Of a stretch of DNA of 62,394 nt, positions 7,738 through 18,423 are shown piece by piece. How positions within the stretch are numbered: the first letter of the stretch is position 1; every line of letters starts with the position of its first letter. Source of the DNA: a virus (taxonomy: Duplodnaviria > Caudoviricetes); IMG/VR virus record IMGVR_UViG_3300013132_000054, positions 1-62,394 of that record, one strand, 5' to 3'. The position numbers were made by a program, and so were the translations under genes. The notes below the pieces were generated by a model. That model searched no databases and was not told the DNA's origin. It was given only the letters and a program-made list of their open reading frames with translations.

Positions 7738-10700
7738 TTATGTCAACACACAAACTCCTCCTACACATCCTCCAAGTGTATTATATGTAACATTTGCAGG
7801 TGGAATAGGATTGACAAATGATGTTGCACAGAAACTAGTTGACGTTGATGACCTTGAAACTGTTATAAATATTCTATTTCCACTACAATCATCATATCCA
7901 ATATTAACCGCAGTAACTCCATTATTTGTCACACTATAACAATAGCAATTTACAGGTGTAGGTGTCGGTGTTTTTGTTTTTGTTGGAGTCGGAGTTTCAT
8001 TCACAACCGTCGTTTTTGTTGGAGTTGGTGTTTTTGTTTTCGTCACAGTCGGTGTTTGAGTTGGGAAAGTAATTAATGTTTTTGTCGGTGTTGGTGTGGG
8101 TGTTTTTGTTTTTGTTACGGTCGGTGTTGGTGTTGGTGTTTTTGTTTTTGTGGGTGTAGGTGTTTTTGTTTTTGTCACAGTTGGTGTTTGAGTTTTGGTT
8201 GGTGTAATAGTTGGTGTTGGTGATATTCCGCAATTATCCGGAGCTTTATAGTAAACAATGTTTGAGCAACTAGAAGAATCGGTAAATACAACATATACAG
8301 AACAATATTGTCCGTTAGCCGGTAAGTCATTAAATATTACATCATAATCAGTATTAAATGGTGGGTAAAACACATTTTGAGTTATGGTACAACTATTTGC
8401 AATTACCAAAGTTCCAGTTAATGGTGGGTTTGATATGTGAACTGATGTCAATGCTGATACGTCATAAGTAATTGTTGAAGAGTCGCAAGCTCCAGGCACA
8501 ATTGGGTCAATTATGATTTCACAAGGTGAATTATTAGTTGGGGTTATTGTCACAGTTGGTGTGACAGTTTTAGTAGGCGTATTGGTAATAGTTGCGGTAG
8601 GAGTAACCGTAGGTGTTAAAGTAGGTTGTGGTGTTAATGTTTGTGTAGGCGTTACTTCAGGAGTTGGGAATTGTACCTGTCCAGGAGTAAGAGTTGGTGT
8701 TGTAGATACTGTTGGACTTGGTAGTACCACCGTATCACACTCAACTTCATAAATAATTCTTACATCTATTTTAATTGCATCTTGTGGTTCTAATGGGTTA
8801 TCACACAAACTATTAATTACCATTCTACCACTCTCATAATCAACAATTAAACTACCAAAAAGTCCTAAACTATTAAGATAATCTTGGACTAATTTAGCAT
8901 AGTCGTAATTTGATGGGACATCAAATAATGAATTGGTTGAATATAATGTGAATGTGCTGGCAGAGCCCGCCACATCAATATCCACATAAAAAAATGCAAC
9001 TTTTAAAGAACAATTAACCTGACCTTGTGTCAACTCAATAAATCCTTGATTAAGCATTTCTAAAAATCCTACGGTGTCATCCTCACCACAAACAAAGTCA
9101 CCACTTCCAAAGTCATAACTATAAGTTGAAACATCTCTTAACTCACATTTTACTATTGCTGTTTTTCTTGTTGAGCATCCCTGAGAATCAGTTATTGTTA
9201 AAGCGTATTCCCCATTTGATAAATTATACACCGCATACCCTGTCTGTCCTGAAACATCTCCTTCCCAAGTTAATGTATATGGAGGTGTTCCACTATTAAT
9301 AAATGCAGTTAAAGTTCCTTGCGGTAAACATCCAGAATTAACAATATTAAAATCAATTCCATTTGACCCTCCAACCGTAAAGTTTTTTGTAATGGAACAT
9401 CCTGAATTGTTTGTTAATGTTACTCCATATGTACCTTGTGGTATTCCTTGTAAAGTATAATCAGAAGTTAAATTTCTAATTGTCGCTCCGTTTGAAAGAG
9501 ATAATGTAAATGTTTGTCCTGCTATTGTAGTTGTGATATCAATAAAACAAGTTCCATTATTAATTCCACAAGTAGTGCTTGTTGGCGTTAACTCAAAATC
9601 AAATCCTAAATTTTGTTCTAAAATTATAGTTTCTGTGTAAGTACAACTTTGTAAATAATCAACTACACTAATTGTGTATGTACCAGCACTTAAACTGCCA
9701 AATCCTATTGTTGAATTTGCAGGTAGATTTGATTGGGTGGTTACAAAACCATTTGTATTTACACAAGAAGCCGATAATGGTGCCCCTCCTCCATTAACAG
9801 AAATTTCTATAAATCCGCTTGTAGAATTACAACTTTTAAACCCACTTGACGATGAAATTACACCAAAAGAATTGGCAGTTCTTAAATTAAAAGTTTGACT
9901 AACATTACAAGTACTACTTACACCTGTAAAACTAAAATCTCCTGAACCTAACCCATTAAAAGTTACAGTTCTTCCACTAGTAAATGTCGTACCTAATGAT
10001 GTATAGTAAGTTATTGGTAAGGAGCCACCGGTTAATACTATTTCAACAACACCGTCATTAAGAAAACAAGATGGGTTAGTAAAAGAAAATTCAGCAATTC
10101 CTAATCTATCATCAAGTCCAACAATTACTTCCTGTGTAACTACACACCCTGTTCCGTCAGTTACCTCAACAATATAAGTAGCATTTGTTAATCCGGTTAA
10201 ATAATAATCATCTAATTGTAATCCAACATTTGTTGACCAATTAATTGATACAGGCGGAGTTTCATTATATAAAGTAAGATATATTTCACCGTTGGGTCTT
10301 AAAGCACAGGGTGAATTATTTACTACTGTAGCATTTACCGATAGTAAACTATACGAACTATCAATTACCATAGTACCAGTATTGGCACTACATCCACCGT
10401 TATCTTCTATAATTACATAATATGCATTTGGGGATAATCCTGAAATTGTATACGGATTATCGGTAGAATTTGTAACCGATAAAAGATTATCATCAATATC
10501 GTATAAATTAAAAGTTGTAATATCCCCTAAATTTGGTGATAAGGTGATTTCTATTTGCCCATTATTTAACCCACAAGTACTGTCAATTGCAATTGTATTA
10601 GCCGAAATACCTGAAGATATATAAAGATTAATATTAGCAGTATTGTTTATTGGTGTATTAGAATCACTTACAAATATGGTATACGTTCCTGCAGAAAGTC

Positions 10701-10887
10701 CCGAGAACGTATAAGGTTCTCTAACTAACAGTACCGCAGTACCTACATAGGGTGATGCAATTTGAGCGGTGAAAGGTCCAACACCATTCAATATGTTAAG
10801 AGTGGCAGCCCCACTATTACAACCAATGTTACCATTACAACATCCTGTTAATCCTATAATTTCTATATCTATTATGTTACGTGACAT
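7738..10887 (-). CDS. SprB-repeat-like fibre/adhesin protein with long Pro/Thr(Lys) linkers
   Basis: Repeated C..NG.I.....GG..PYT...GL(S)AGTY...V.D..GC units typical of SprB repeats; C-terminal TPTKTKTPTPT tracts. Confidence 0.65.
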   Translation of the reverse strand: MSRNIIDIEIIGLTGCCNGNIGCNSGAATLNILNGVGPFTAQIASPYVGTAVLLVREPYTFSGLSAGTYTIFVSDSNTPINNTANINLYISSGISANTIAIDSTCGLNNGQIEITLSPNLGDITTFNLYDIDDNLLSVTNSTDNPYTISGLSPNAYYVIIEDNGGCSANTGTMVIDSSYSLLSVNATVVNNSPCALRPNGEIYLTLYNETPPVSINWSTNVGLQLDDYYLTGLTNATYIVEVTDGTGCVVTQEVIVGLDDRLGIAEFSFTNPSCFLNDGVVEIVLTGGSLPITYYTSLGTTFTSGRTVTFNGLGSGDFSFTGVSSTCNVSQTFNLRTANSFGVISSSSGFKSCNSTSGFIEISVNGGGAPLSASCVNTNGFVTTQSNLPANSTIGFGSLSAGTYTISVVDYLQSCTYTETIILEQNLGFDFELTPTSTTCGINNGTCFIDITTTIAGQTFTLSLSNGATIRNLTSDYTLQGIPQGTYGVTLTNNSGCSITKNFTVGGSNGIDFNIVNSGCLPQGTLTAFINSGTPPYTLTWEGDVSGQTGYAVYNLSNGEYALTITDSQGCSTRKTAIVKCELRDVSTYSYDFGSGDFVCGEDDTVGFLEMLNQGFIELTQGQVNCSLKVAFFYVDIDVAGSASTFTLYSTNSLFDVPSNYDYAKLVQDYLNSLGLFGSLIVDYESGRMVINSLCDNPLEPQDAIKIDVRIIYEVECDTVVLPSPTVSTTPTLTPGQVQFPTPEVTPTQTLTPQPTLTPTVTPTATITNTPTKTVTPTVTITPTNNSPCEIIIDPIVPGACDSSTITYDVSALTSVHISNPPLTGTLVIANSCTITQNVFYPPFNTDYDVIFNDLPANGQYCSVYVVFTDSSSCSNIVYYKAPDNCGISPTPTITPTKTQTPTVTKTKTPTPTKTKTPTPTPTVTKTKTPTPTPTKTLITFPTQTPTVTKTKTPTPTKTTVVNETPTPTKTKTPTPTPVNCYCYSVTNNGVTAVNIGYDDCSGNRIFITVSRSSTSTSFCATSFVNPIPPANVTYNTLGGCVGGVCVLT
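7955..8225 (-). repeat. Low-complexity repeat encoding (TPT/KTK)n mucin-like linker
   Basis: Repeated ggtgtt/tttgtt units; translation PTPTITPTKTQTPTVTKTKTPTPTKTKTPTPT... Confidence 0.9.
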
Positions 10888-13832
10888 TAGCTACAACTTA
10901 TACTATAATCTAATTTTAATTTTATATCAATACTACTATTTGTAAGTATCGGATTGAATCCTAAATTTTTAATCAAAAGATTACTATCAATAATTTCAAA
11001 AGTATACCCATAACTTATTAAGTTTGGTAGGTATTGATTCAACGCATTAGTCCAATCTGAATTTGATGGGGTATCTAGCGCCCCATTCCCATTATAAAAT
11101 ATATTTGACGTTACTTCACTTCCGTTTAATTCCACCGCAATTCTCCAAACAGTACTGATTGAATTTTGATTACAAGTTAATCCTTGTGAAATTTTATTAG
11201 ATATGTAATTATAACTAACTTCATTTAATAATGATTGAAAACTTGTATACGATGTAGTACCTGCAAGCCAGGGAAAAATAGGAAAGGACACAATCTGTTT
11301 ACACGCTCCATGCAAAAATAAATCAGCATCAATCACACAAGGTTTGCATAAAGATGGTGGAATAAAAGCACTACAACTTCGTGGTATTTTATATGTATGT
11401 TTTTGTCTTTGTAATGGAGCATTATTATACTTAATACCCGTATTCCATATAGTTGATGATGGGATTAATTGTTCTGCCAATTTTGGCCAATAAGTACCCA
11501 AATTTTTTACATAATCAATAAGTTTCTGATATGTAAAATTATCATTTGGTATTCCAACTTGACTTGCAGACTCCAAGTATCTCCAATAAATTATTGACAC
11601 ATCATCGTATCCACTTGAAATTTGTCTGTTTGCAACATTTACTTTGTTTTGCCAAAAAGAATTTGCAAACTCAAAGAAGGATTGTTTGTTTGGCGGGATT
11701 CCAACCGAAGCTCTAACACCACTACCATAAACTTGTTGGGTTGTGTTATTTGGAATAGGGTATCCATATTTTGTGGACATATTCCAAATGTCAAACACCA
11801 AACCAGCGGCTGGATTCATAAATAAGTCAATGTTCTTAACATTCAATACCAATCTTTCGTCATCCGCAAAATAAAATGCATTAAACCCTCCGTCATTTGA
11901 TATTCTTGATTTGTCCCTATACGACCAACTCTTTTTATTATCACTTATTTTTTTCAACTTAAATCCCATATTCATATATGGAAATTTTCTAAACCTATCA
12001 AGATATTGTTGTCCGTAAGTAAATTTCTTAAAACTTGTCTGTATATTTGGATTTTGACCTGTAAATACAGATTGACTATCACTAACATTTTGATTGCTCT
12101 GGTGTGGCGGCGTTAATTCATACCAACCCGCACCTAATTGGAAAAAGAATGAGCTTGTATTTGGTGGTGTTTTTGGATACCCTTCATCATCAATAGGGTA
12201 ATCACCTTCCAACACATCAATTGGTACTACACTTGTTGTAGCACTATACCCTGAAAATGTTTGTCCAAATATTGAAAATGTATCATTCGGATTAAATACA
12301 ATAGTTTCTTCTAATTTTGTTCCTCCTGATATTTTAGCCCACTCTGTATTAAAATCACGCATGTTGATTTTTTGGTCAGCCAAATATACAGTTTCATTAA
12401 ATTCAATTAACGCTTCAGGCGCCCCTACCAATCTTAATAAAAACTCTAAAGCTCTCCTTGTCCCTTTTGATTTAAACAAGTATGCAGAATTTAATATAAG
12501 ATTTTTATAAAATTGATAATTAATTTCACTCGGGGTCAAACTTCTTGACATACCGGGATATGGTGATTTTGTATCGTTACCAAATACTGATTTTAAAAAA
12601 TCTTCTTCCGTTATTGGTGACACGTTAATATTCCACCCAAGTGTTTGTGATAAATTTTTTAATAATTCAGATGGTATATCATTCTTTGTATTGTAGTTTA
12701 CAGAATTCATATACGCTAACGCATCTATGAACTTTTTAACCTCGTCAAAACTTCTACCATAAATGTGTAACACTTTTTCAATTCTATGGTCAGTAGTGTC
12801 AAATTCTTTAAATGCATCTGTCACTAAAAATCTTGATATTAAATTTGTTTTTGATGCGTCAAAATTTGTGGCTATATCATTTAATTTATTAATATAGGAT
12901 GTGAATTTGTTTGTTGATATATCTATATTCCAAAAACCAGATAAAGGCCAAGTTACCGATTCAGTTCCAACATAAGTAGAACCATCATCATTTTGTTTTG
13001 GAACTTGGAATGTCGCAGTATATTTTGGTGTCACTAATCTGTTTAACAAATATTTTTCAACTTCATCAAATGGTTCTGTAAATGCAACTTCAGTATAATA
13101 ATCATTAGGTTTGATAATTAAAATCTCATAAGAATTAACATCTCCTGAAAATGGTTTACCCGCAACTGTTAAAGTTAAATAACCAGTTGTAAAGTTATTT
13201 GTTGGGACTAAATTTAATATGGGATATTGTACGTCTTGAACATATACCGCATATTTGCTATATTCCAAACTCATATTTCTTAAATAAGAAACTTCAAATT
13301 CTTTGGTTGCAATGTTTCTTGTTGAGTTAACGGTATAATCCACCTCAAATGGGTTTGATGATTTGCTAAGTGGGACACTAAAACTTGTTGTGTCTTCCTC
13401 AATATCATACTCAATATTCACAGCGGTATATCCTGAAGTGAAATCTCCACCTAATGGGGATACTTCAACCGCCGCTGGAAAATAATTTAAGATTTGCGTT
13501 ATTGATGCAGCAATCCTTTTAGTTAAAGGTCCGTATGTTGAAAACTTTGTGACATTGGATAAATCAAAATTTGGATACACCCCAAACTCTTTGGCAACAA
13601 TTTTTTTAGTTTCAGCGACTGATTCTATTTGAAGATTATCTAAAGTAATTGGTGCAGAAAATGCTCCAATAGAAAAAGTTCTGTTAACTTTTTCACTTAA
13701 ACTTGATGTGAACTCAAAATTACCTTGTGTTAATCCTCCTCCATCTACTACCTGAAAACCTACAATGTTGTCAGAAAATGTTCCCGCTCCGCTAGATGGT
13801 CTTGGTGGGTATCTATATAACTTTCTCGCCAT
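10887..13832 (-). CDS. Baseplate wedge-like protein (P2 gpI / T4 gp7-like motif)
   Basis: LLKNLSQTLGW...AYLFKSKGTRRALEFLLRLVG motif; location in baseplate cluster. Confidence 0.55.
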   Translation of the reverse strand: MARKLYRYPPRPSSGAGTFSDNIVGFQVVDGGGLTQGNFEFTSSLSEKVNRTFSIGAFSAPITLDNLQIESVAETKKIVAKEFGVYPNFDLSNVTKFSTYGPLTKRIAASITQILNYFPAAVEVSPLGGDFTSGYTAVNIEYDIEEDTTSFSVPLSKSSNPFEVDYTVNSTRNIATKEFEVSYLRNMSLEYSKYAVYVQDVQYPILNLVPTNNFTTGYLTLTVAGKPFSGDVNSYEILIIKPNDYYTEVAFTEPFDEVEKYLLNRLVTPKYTATFQVPKQNDDGSTYVGTESVTWPLSGFWNIDISTNKFTSYINKLNDIATNFDASKTNLISRFLVTDAFKEFDTTDHRIEKVLHIYGRSFDEVKKFIDALAYMNSVNYNTKNDIPSELLKNLSQTLGWNINVSPITEEDFLKSVFGNDTKSPYPGMSRSLTPSEINYQFYKNLILNSAYLFKSKGTRRALEFLLRLVGAPEALIEFNETVYLADQKINMRDFNTEWAKISGGTKLEETIVFNPNDTFSIFGQTFSGYSATTSVVPIDVLEGDYPIDDEGYPKTPPNTSSFFFQLGAGWYELTPPHQSNQNVSDSQSVFTGQNPNIQTSFKKFTYGQQYLDRFRKFPYMNMGFKLKKISDNKKSWSYRDKSRISNDGGFNAFYFADDERLVLNVKNIDLFMNPAAGLVFDIWNMSTKYGYPIPNNTTQQVYGSGVRASVGIPPNKQSFFEFANSFWQNKVNVANRQISSGYDDVSIIYWRYLESASQVGIPNDNFTYQKLIDYVKNLGTYWPKLAEQLIPSSTIWNTGIKYNNAPLQRQKHTYKIPRSCSAFIPPSLCKPCVIDADLFLHGACKQIVSFPIFPWLAGTTSYTSFQSLLNEVSYNYISNKISQGLTCNQNSISTVWRIAVELNGSEVTSNIFYNGNGALDTPSNSDWTNALNQYLPNLISYGYTFEIIDSNLLIKNLGFNPILTNSSIDIKLKLDYSISCS

Positions 13833-14740
13833 TACTGAACTATATTGTTAAAGTTTTTACTAAAGTCAATGTTATTATTTCTATCTTGTCTAACTTCAAA
13901 TAGAAGTTTGTTATATTGGTCACGAATTTCAAACAAGTTATATTGTTTGTAGATGTTATTACTACTATCGTACATAGTGTAAATTCCGTCGTCAATTGAT
14001 TTAGTTTGATTACCAAACAACGCAATCGCCAATGTTGATGCATCATGCTCAACCATTTCAACCTCAACTGATGTTGGATTAAAAAATGTATTTGTAATTA
14101 TGATGTTTTGACCAGGTTGTCCAATAAACGGAGTTGCGTTTGGTTTTGACGTTGGTGCTGAAGATGGTGATAATGTACAAAACATCAAATTAGTTTTAGA
14201 ATCTGTATATCTGTATCTCACAGCCTTTTGAACTGAATTAACTAAATTTTCAGTTACCGCCTCGCAATAAAAATTAGAAGTGATTAATCTAAAAAAGTTA
14301 GGTATTTTAGCACCTGAATCTCGTAAATATTCAACACGATGTCCGACTAATTCTTGAGGGACAAATTTATTTTGATACTCACTTGGGACATTACTAATGT
14401 CAATAACAATCCCTTTGATGTTTGGTAATGATGTAAGAACTCCACAATCAGTTATTGTTGTTCTGATTTGAGCAGGTCTAACATATAAAGTATAAATCCC
14501 CAATTTATTAAATTCGGTCGCAGGTAAAGTTAAATTATATAACCCACCCAAAATTTCAATATTGGCATTACCACCGGTATCACCATTATTAAAATAAGGT
14601 CTAATGATAGTTCTTGCATCTAATTTTTTTAAGATGAAATTACTTGTCACGTCTCTTGATGGAGTGTAATTTAATATTACCTCAATATCATCGGGTGAAA
14701 CATCTGCCGGTCTAATTGTTCCATAAGAACCTACTGCCAT
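13832..14740 (-). CDS. Hypothetical, probable baseplate/virion protein
   Basis: 302-aa ORF, translationally coupled within the structural operon. Confidence 0.5.
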   Translation of the reverse strand: MAVGSYGTIRPADVSPDDIEVILNYTPSRDVTSNFILKKLDARTIIRPYFNNGDTGGNANIEILGGLYNLTLPATEFNKLGIYTLYVRPAQIRTTITDCGVLTSLPNIKGIVIDISNVPSEYQNKFVPQELVGHRVEYLRDSGAKIPNFFRLITSNFYCEAVTENLVNSVQKAVRYRYTDSKTNLMFCTLSPSSAPTSKPNATPFIGQPGQNIIITNTFFNPTSVEVEMVEHDASTLAIALFGNQTKSIDDGIYTMYDSSNNIYKQYNLFEIRDQYNKLLFEVRQDRNNNIDFSKNFNNIVQ

Positions 14741-14742
14741 TT

Positions 14743-15897
14743 TTAGTTAAATTTAAAAAATTTATATCCATATTTTTCCAAGTCCCCAATACTATCAACT
14801 TCGTTCAATCTTTCAAGTTTCTCAAGGCCGGAATTTTTTCCTCTATCAATAAATACATTCGTTTGTATTTCAGGCTCAAATGCCACGTTAATTAATTCTT
14901 CTTCTTTTGTAATTGGTTCTTGTACCATCCATGCGTCAATCAATCCAAAAGATTCAAACACTTGTATAGTAGTCCCATCAGTAAAATCTACATAACTACT
15001 ATTCTGTATTGTATATGCCGTGTAATTTTCATTTATTTCTGTTATTTGTCCGAAAGGTTCTCCGTTTTGTATGATTAATGTCTGTTTATATTTTTGAGGT
15101 CCGTAACTTCTTAATTCTGATAATCTTGATGCGGTTTGAGCAGTTATTAAAAATGGTACATTAGTATAATTATTACTTGTCTGAGCACTAACTAAATTTA
15201 CAGCATCTCCTGTAAAAATGTAGTCATAAGATACAGATGTGTTTGCCCAATTTCCATTCATTGGTGTAAAGTAAGCCGTCCCGTTTGGATTATCTACTGT
15301 AACACCTGTAAATGGTATCTGAATATACTTAATGACCGAACTAATTCCCCAAGGACTTGTCTGAATTAAATTCAACATATAAGTCATAGGAAACCCGGCG
15401 TTTACATAATTGTGTGTTAAATTTTCCGAAGCAAAAACATTAATATCTTCTACATATCCATCACCCCAGTCTATTTGAAAAGTGGACTGTTGGACAAAGT
15501 TTGAGAAATTATTTGAGGTATTATAAACTAAAACTGTATACGGATTTGCTGAACTCGCGGAAAAAATAAAATTACAAACGCTATCTTTTTGATGTATCGC
15601 TCCGTCAAATACTGTATAATGTCCATAATCAACCGCACTTTCTAATAAAAGTATTGGGACAGATAAATCGGTTAGTGTTGACGTTCCATTTGTTCCTCCA
15701 CTTAACAACTGCGTCATTGATGAGTAAACGGTTGCGTCACCATAATCAATAACTGTGGTTGTTGTCCCTGTAACATCACAGCATGGGTCTTCATCCAACT
15801 GATTAGAGGTTGTACCTGAAGGGTATTGAATAGTAAAAATTTTATTCAAAATGACTTCGGGTGAAATCTTAAAATAATATTTATTTTGATTATCCAT
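14743..15897 (-). CDS. Probable virion protein with PKD-like domain
   Basis: FQIDWGDG...THNY motif; coupled in operon. Confidence 0.5.
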   Translation of the reverse strand: MDNQNKYYFKISPEVILNKIFTIQYPSGTTSNQLDEDPCCDVTGTTTTVIDYGDATVYSSMTQLLSGGTNGTSTLTDLSVPILLLESAVDYGHYTVFDGAIHQKDSVCNFIFSASSANPYTVLVYNTSNNFSNFVQQSTFQIDWGDGYVEDINVFASENLTHNYVNAGFPMTYMLNLIQTSPWGISSVIKYIQIPFTGVTVDNPNGTAYFTPMNGNWANTSVSYDYIFTGDAVNLVSAQTSNNYTNVPFLITAQTASRLSELRSYGPQKYKQTLIIQNGEPFGQITEINENYTAYTIQNSSYVDFTDGTTIQVFESFGLIDAWMVQEPITKEEELINVAFEPEIQTNVFIDRGKNSGLEKLERLNEVDSIGDLEKYGYKFFKFN

Positions 15898-16682
15898 TAT
15901 GGGTTAACATATTCATACCAAGTTATCGGGGTGGTGTCTCCAACCCTCGTATCTCCCAATGTAAAAACTTTATAAGTTAGAGTATCATAATCTAATTTCA
16001 CTTTGTAATAAAAATAATCAGCAGGATTAAAATTTGAATTTGCAGTCCCTATTGAATTTTGCGGTGAATTCATCAATTTAACAAAAATTCCAAGTTTAGC
16101 ATCAAAAAATTTAGCACTCATATAGAATGTGGAAATATCTAAATATTGCCGACTTCTTAACCAATAAATAAAAAACCCTTCTTTATCACCTAAAAAATCT
16201 AATTTGTATTTTGGAATTTTTACATTTACATCATTAACTCCAACTGTCGCAGGTTCTGTTTCCCCTTGAGTTGTTGGTAAAATTATTGTAATATAGTTTA
16301 TCTGACTTGTATCTTGTGGAGTGTCATAAAAATCCAATTTAAAAAAAGAATTTCTAAACGGTTTTGAAAAATAGAATATCTGTTGTGGTGAAAACCCTTC
16401 ACTCACATATGAGTTAACATAACTTATATTTCCAGGTGTTGAGCCAGATGGGGTAAAAAAGAATTGATAATTAATATCCGTTCTTAAAGATTCGTCGTGT
16501 CTTGCATGTGAAAATCTTGAAATTTCAAAATCTTCATTTGGATTAATAACACGTTTAACTATTTGGTCGTCAAAATTATCAATATTATCTAACTGACTTA
16601 AATAATCTTCATTAGTTTCTATCGGGACAACTAATTCTCGGTCATTATTATTAACCAATAATTTGAATTTATTCACAATCAT
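15897..16682 (-). CDS. Hypothetical, probable virion protein
   Basis: 261-aa ORF overlapping both neighbours. Confidence 0.45.
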   Translation of the reverse strand: MIVNKFKLLVNNNDRELVVPIETNEDYLSQLDNIDNFDDQIVKRVINPNEDFEISRFSHARHDESLRTDINYQFFFTPSGSTPGNISYVNSYVSEGFSPQQIFYFSKPFRNSFFKLDFYDTPQDTSQINYITIILPTTQGETEPATVGVNDVNVKIPKYKLDFLGDKEGFFIYWLRSRQYLDISTFYMSAKFFDAKLGIFVKLMNSPQNSIGTANSNFNPADYFYYKVKLDYDTLTYKVFTLGDTRVGDTTPITWYEYVNP

Positions 16683-18423
16683 CTACTGTTGGTAATTGTA
16701 TCGCACCGAACACGAATTCGTTTATGTTGTTTTCAGGATAAATCTTAAAATCAACAATTTGTAATGGATAATGTGCATCATTCATATATGGATAATTAAC
16801 ACCATTACCATTTTCATCAATAAAACCATATGGGTATATTTCCCTCCATCTAAGTAAACCAAGTGTTTCCGAATAAAACGCATAAGGAGGAACATTTAAA
16901 ATATCTAACGATGTACTTTCTTCTACGTAGTCAGTAAACTCTCTTATTTTTAATGAATTGTGGGGTTTGTAATAATATCCGTTCCTGTTAGTTGAGGCAC
17001 TGAATGTAATATCAAACAATAAATTATTAAATTCAAACTTATGGAAAAATTCAGATATTACAGTTTCTTCTTGTAAATAACTATTATATTCACAAAAATC
17101 ACCATCAATTGTTGTTCCGCTTGACAAATCTTTATTATAATAAAACTCATAATTCTCACCATTAAAAGTTTTACTATAATTTTGAGTTGGGATATAACTT
17201 TCGTTTAATAGATTATTGTCGTCCCACCATTGTCCTGATGTAAAAGAAATATTAAACTTATGTCCTTGTTTTAATGATGAGTTAGTTGTAGTATTCGGTC
17301 TCGGTCTATTAAACCATCCAAAATAACCTTTATTAATTATAGTTAAAAATAATTCACTAATTGGTCTGTTCAAATTATCGGTGTAACCTGAAATTATAAT
17401 ATCTTTAGCAAAGGTTATATTAAAATTTTGTGTTCCATCTTGTTCCGCAACCCTTGATATGTAATTCGGGGTTAAAGCACTTGTCATAAATTTTTTCTTA
17501 CTAAAAAACCCATTTTGTGAAAATGCAGTTTTAAGTGGAACAACGTCAGTAGGATTAGTTATAATTTTGTTCCTTCTAACATAATATGTTGATTTAGTGT
17601 CTTGTGGATTTGTAATATCGACAACTTTTTTAAATAACCCAATAGAAGAGTTTGCAAAAAATGGTGTTTCGTATCCAATATCCTGAATATTAAAAATAAA
17701 TTCATCACTACCATAAGATTCAGTACCCAATAAATCAACCTGAAAGTATTTATTCCCACTAACTCCTGTCCACCCCTCTTGAAATTCAATTTCAACATAG
17801 TCACCATTCATTAGATTGTGTTTCATAGGACATCTAAACGCAATGTATATTCTTCCATTTATCGCTTGTCTTGATATTATAAACGGAATACCTTCGGAAC
17901 AAGTCCAAGTAATTGAGTTTGTGGGTGAAAAATAATGTTGCAGTGTTTTACCTGTGTTACTTTCAAAGGCGTAACTTAAATAATATTGCCAATTATATGT
18001 TAGTGCCGATTGTGTTGCAAAATCAATATGAGTTGTATCAACATCATTTCTATAAAAATTAAATTCTTTATATGGTGGATATCCATACCAAGTTCCTGGA
18101 TGTGTTCCTCCGGGTATTGAATTTTCCGCATCAGTATAAATTAAGTCATTTAAAAAAGGTCCGTAACTTGTTCCATTAACATTTGTAGTTCCAGTATATG
18201 CATTATAAAAAATAACTTTAGTAGTAAATGATGGTCTAAAAATAGAACAATTTTGTCTTTCACTATTAAAAAGTTCAGGTAGATTAATAATTGCCGACCT
18301 ATCGTATTCTTCAAGTTCTTGAATTTTACCATCCATAAATGGAGTTAATCTCATATTACGATTAGGACTATTTGCAAATTTAGCCGAGCCTAAAAGAATT
18401 TCTATATTTTCATAACCACCCAT
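16669..18423 (-). CDS. Hypothetical, probable virion/baseplate protein
   Basis: 584-aa aromatic/beta-rich ORF coupled in operon. Confidence 0.45.
   Translation of the reverse strand: MGGYENIEILLGSAKFANSPNRNMRLTPFMDGKIQELEEYDRSAIINLPELFNSERQNCSIFRPSFTTKVIFYNAYTGTTNVNGTSYGPFLNDLIYTDAENSIPGGTHPGTWYGYPPYKEFNFYRNDVDTTHIDFATQSALTYNWQYYLSYAFESNTGKTLQHYFSPTNSITWTCSEGIPFIISRQAINGRIYIAFRCPMKHNLMNGDYVEIEFQEGWTGVSGNKYFQVDLLGTESYGSDEFIFNIQDIGYETPFFANSSIGLFKKVVDITNPQDTKSTYYVRRNKIITNPTDVVPLKTAFSQNGFFSKKKFMTSALTPNYISRVAEQDGTQNFNITFAKDIIISGYTDNLNRPISELFLTIINKGYFGWFNRPRPNTTTNSSLKQGHKFNISFTSGQWWDDNNLLNESYIPTQNYSKTFNGENYEFYYNKDLSSGTTIDGDFCEYNSYLQEETVISEFFHKFEFNNLLFDITFSASTNRNGYYYKPHNSLKIREFTDYVEESTSLDILNVPPYAFYSETLGLLRWREIYPYGFIDENGNGVNYPYMNDAHYPLQIVDFKIYPENNINEFVFGAIQLPTVDDCE

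Noticed and set aside
7997-8752. Asn/Thr-rich (7997..8233) and Val/Gly-rich (8513..8752) ORFs
   Set aside because: Alternative-frame or antisense readings of PT linkers
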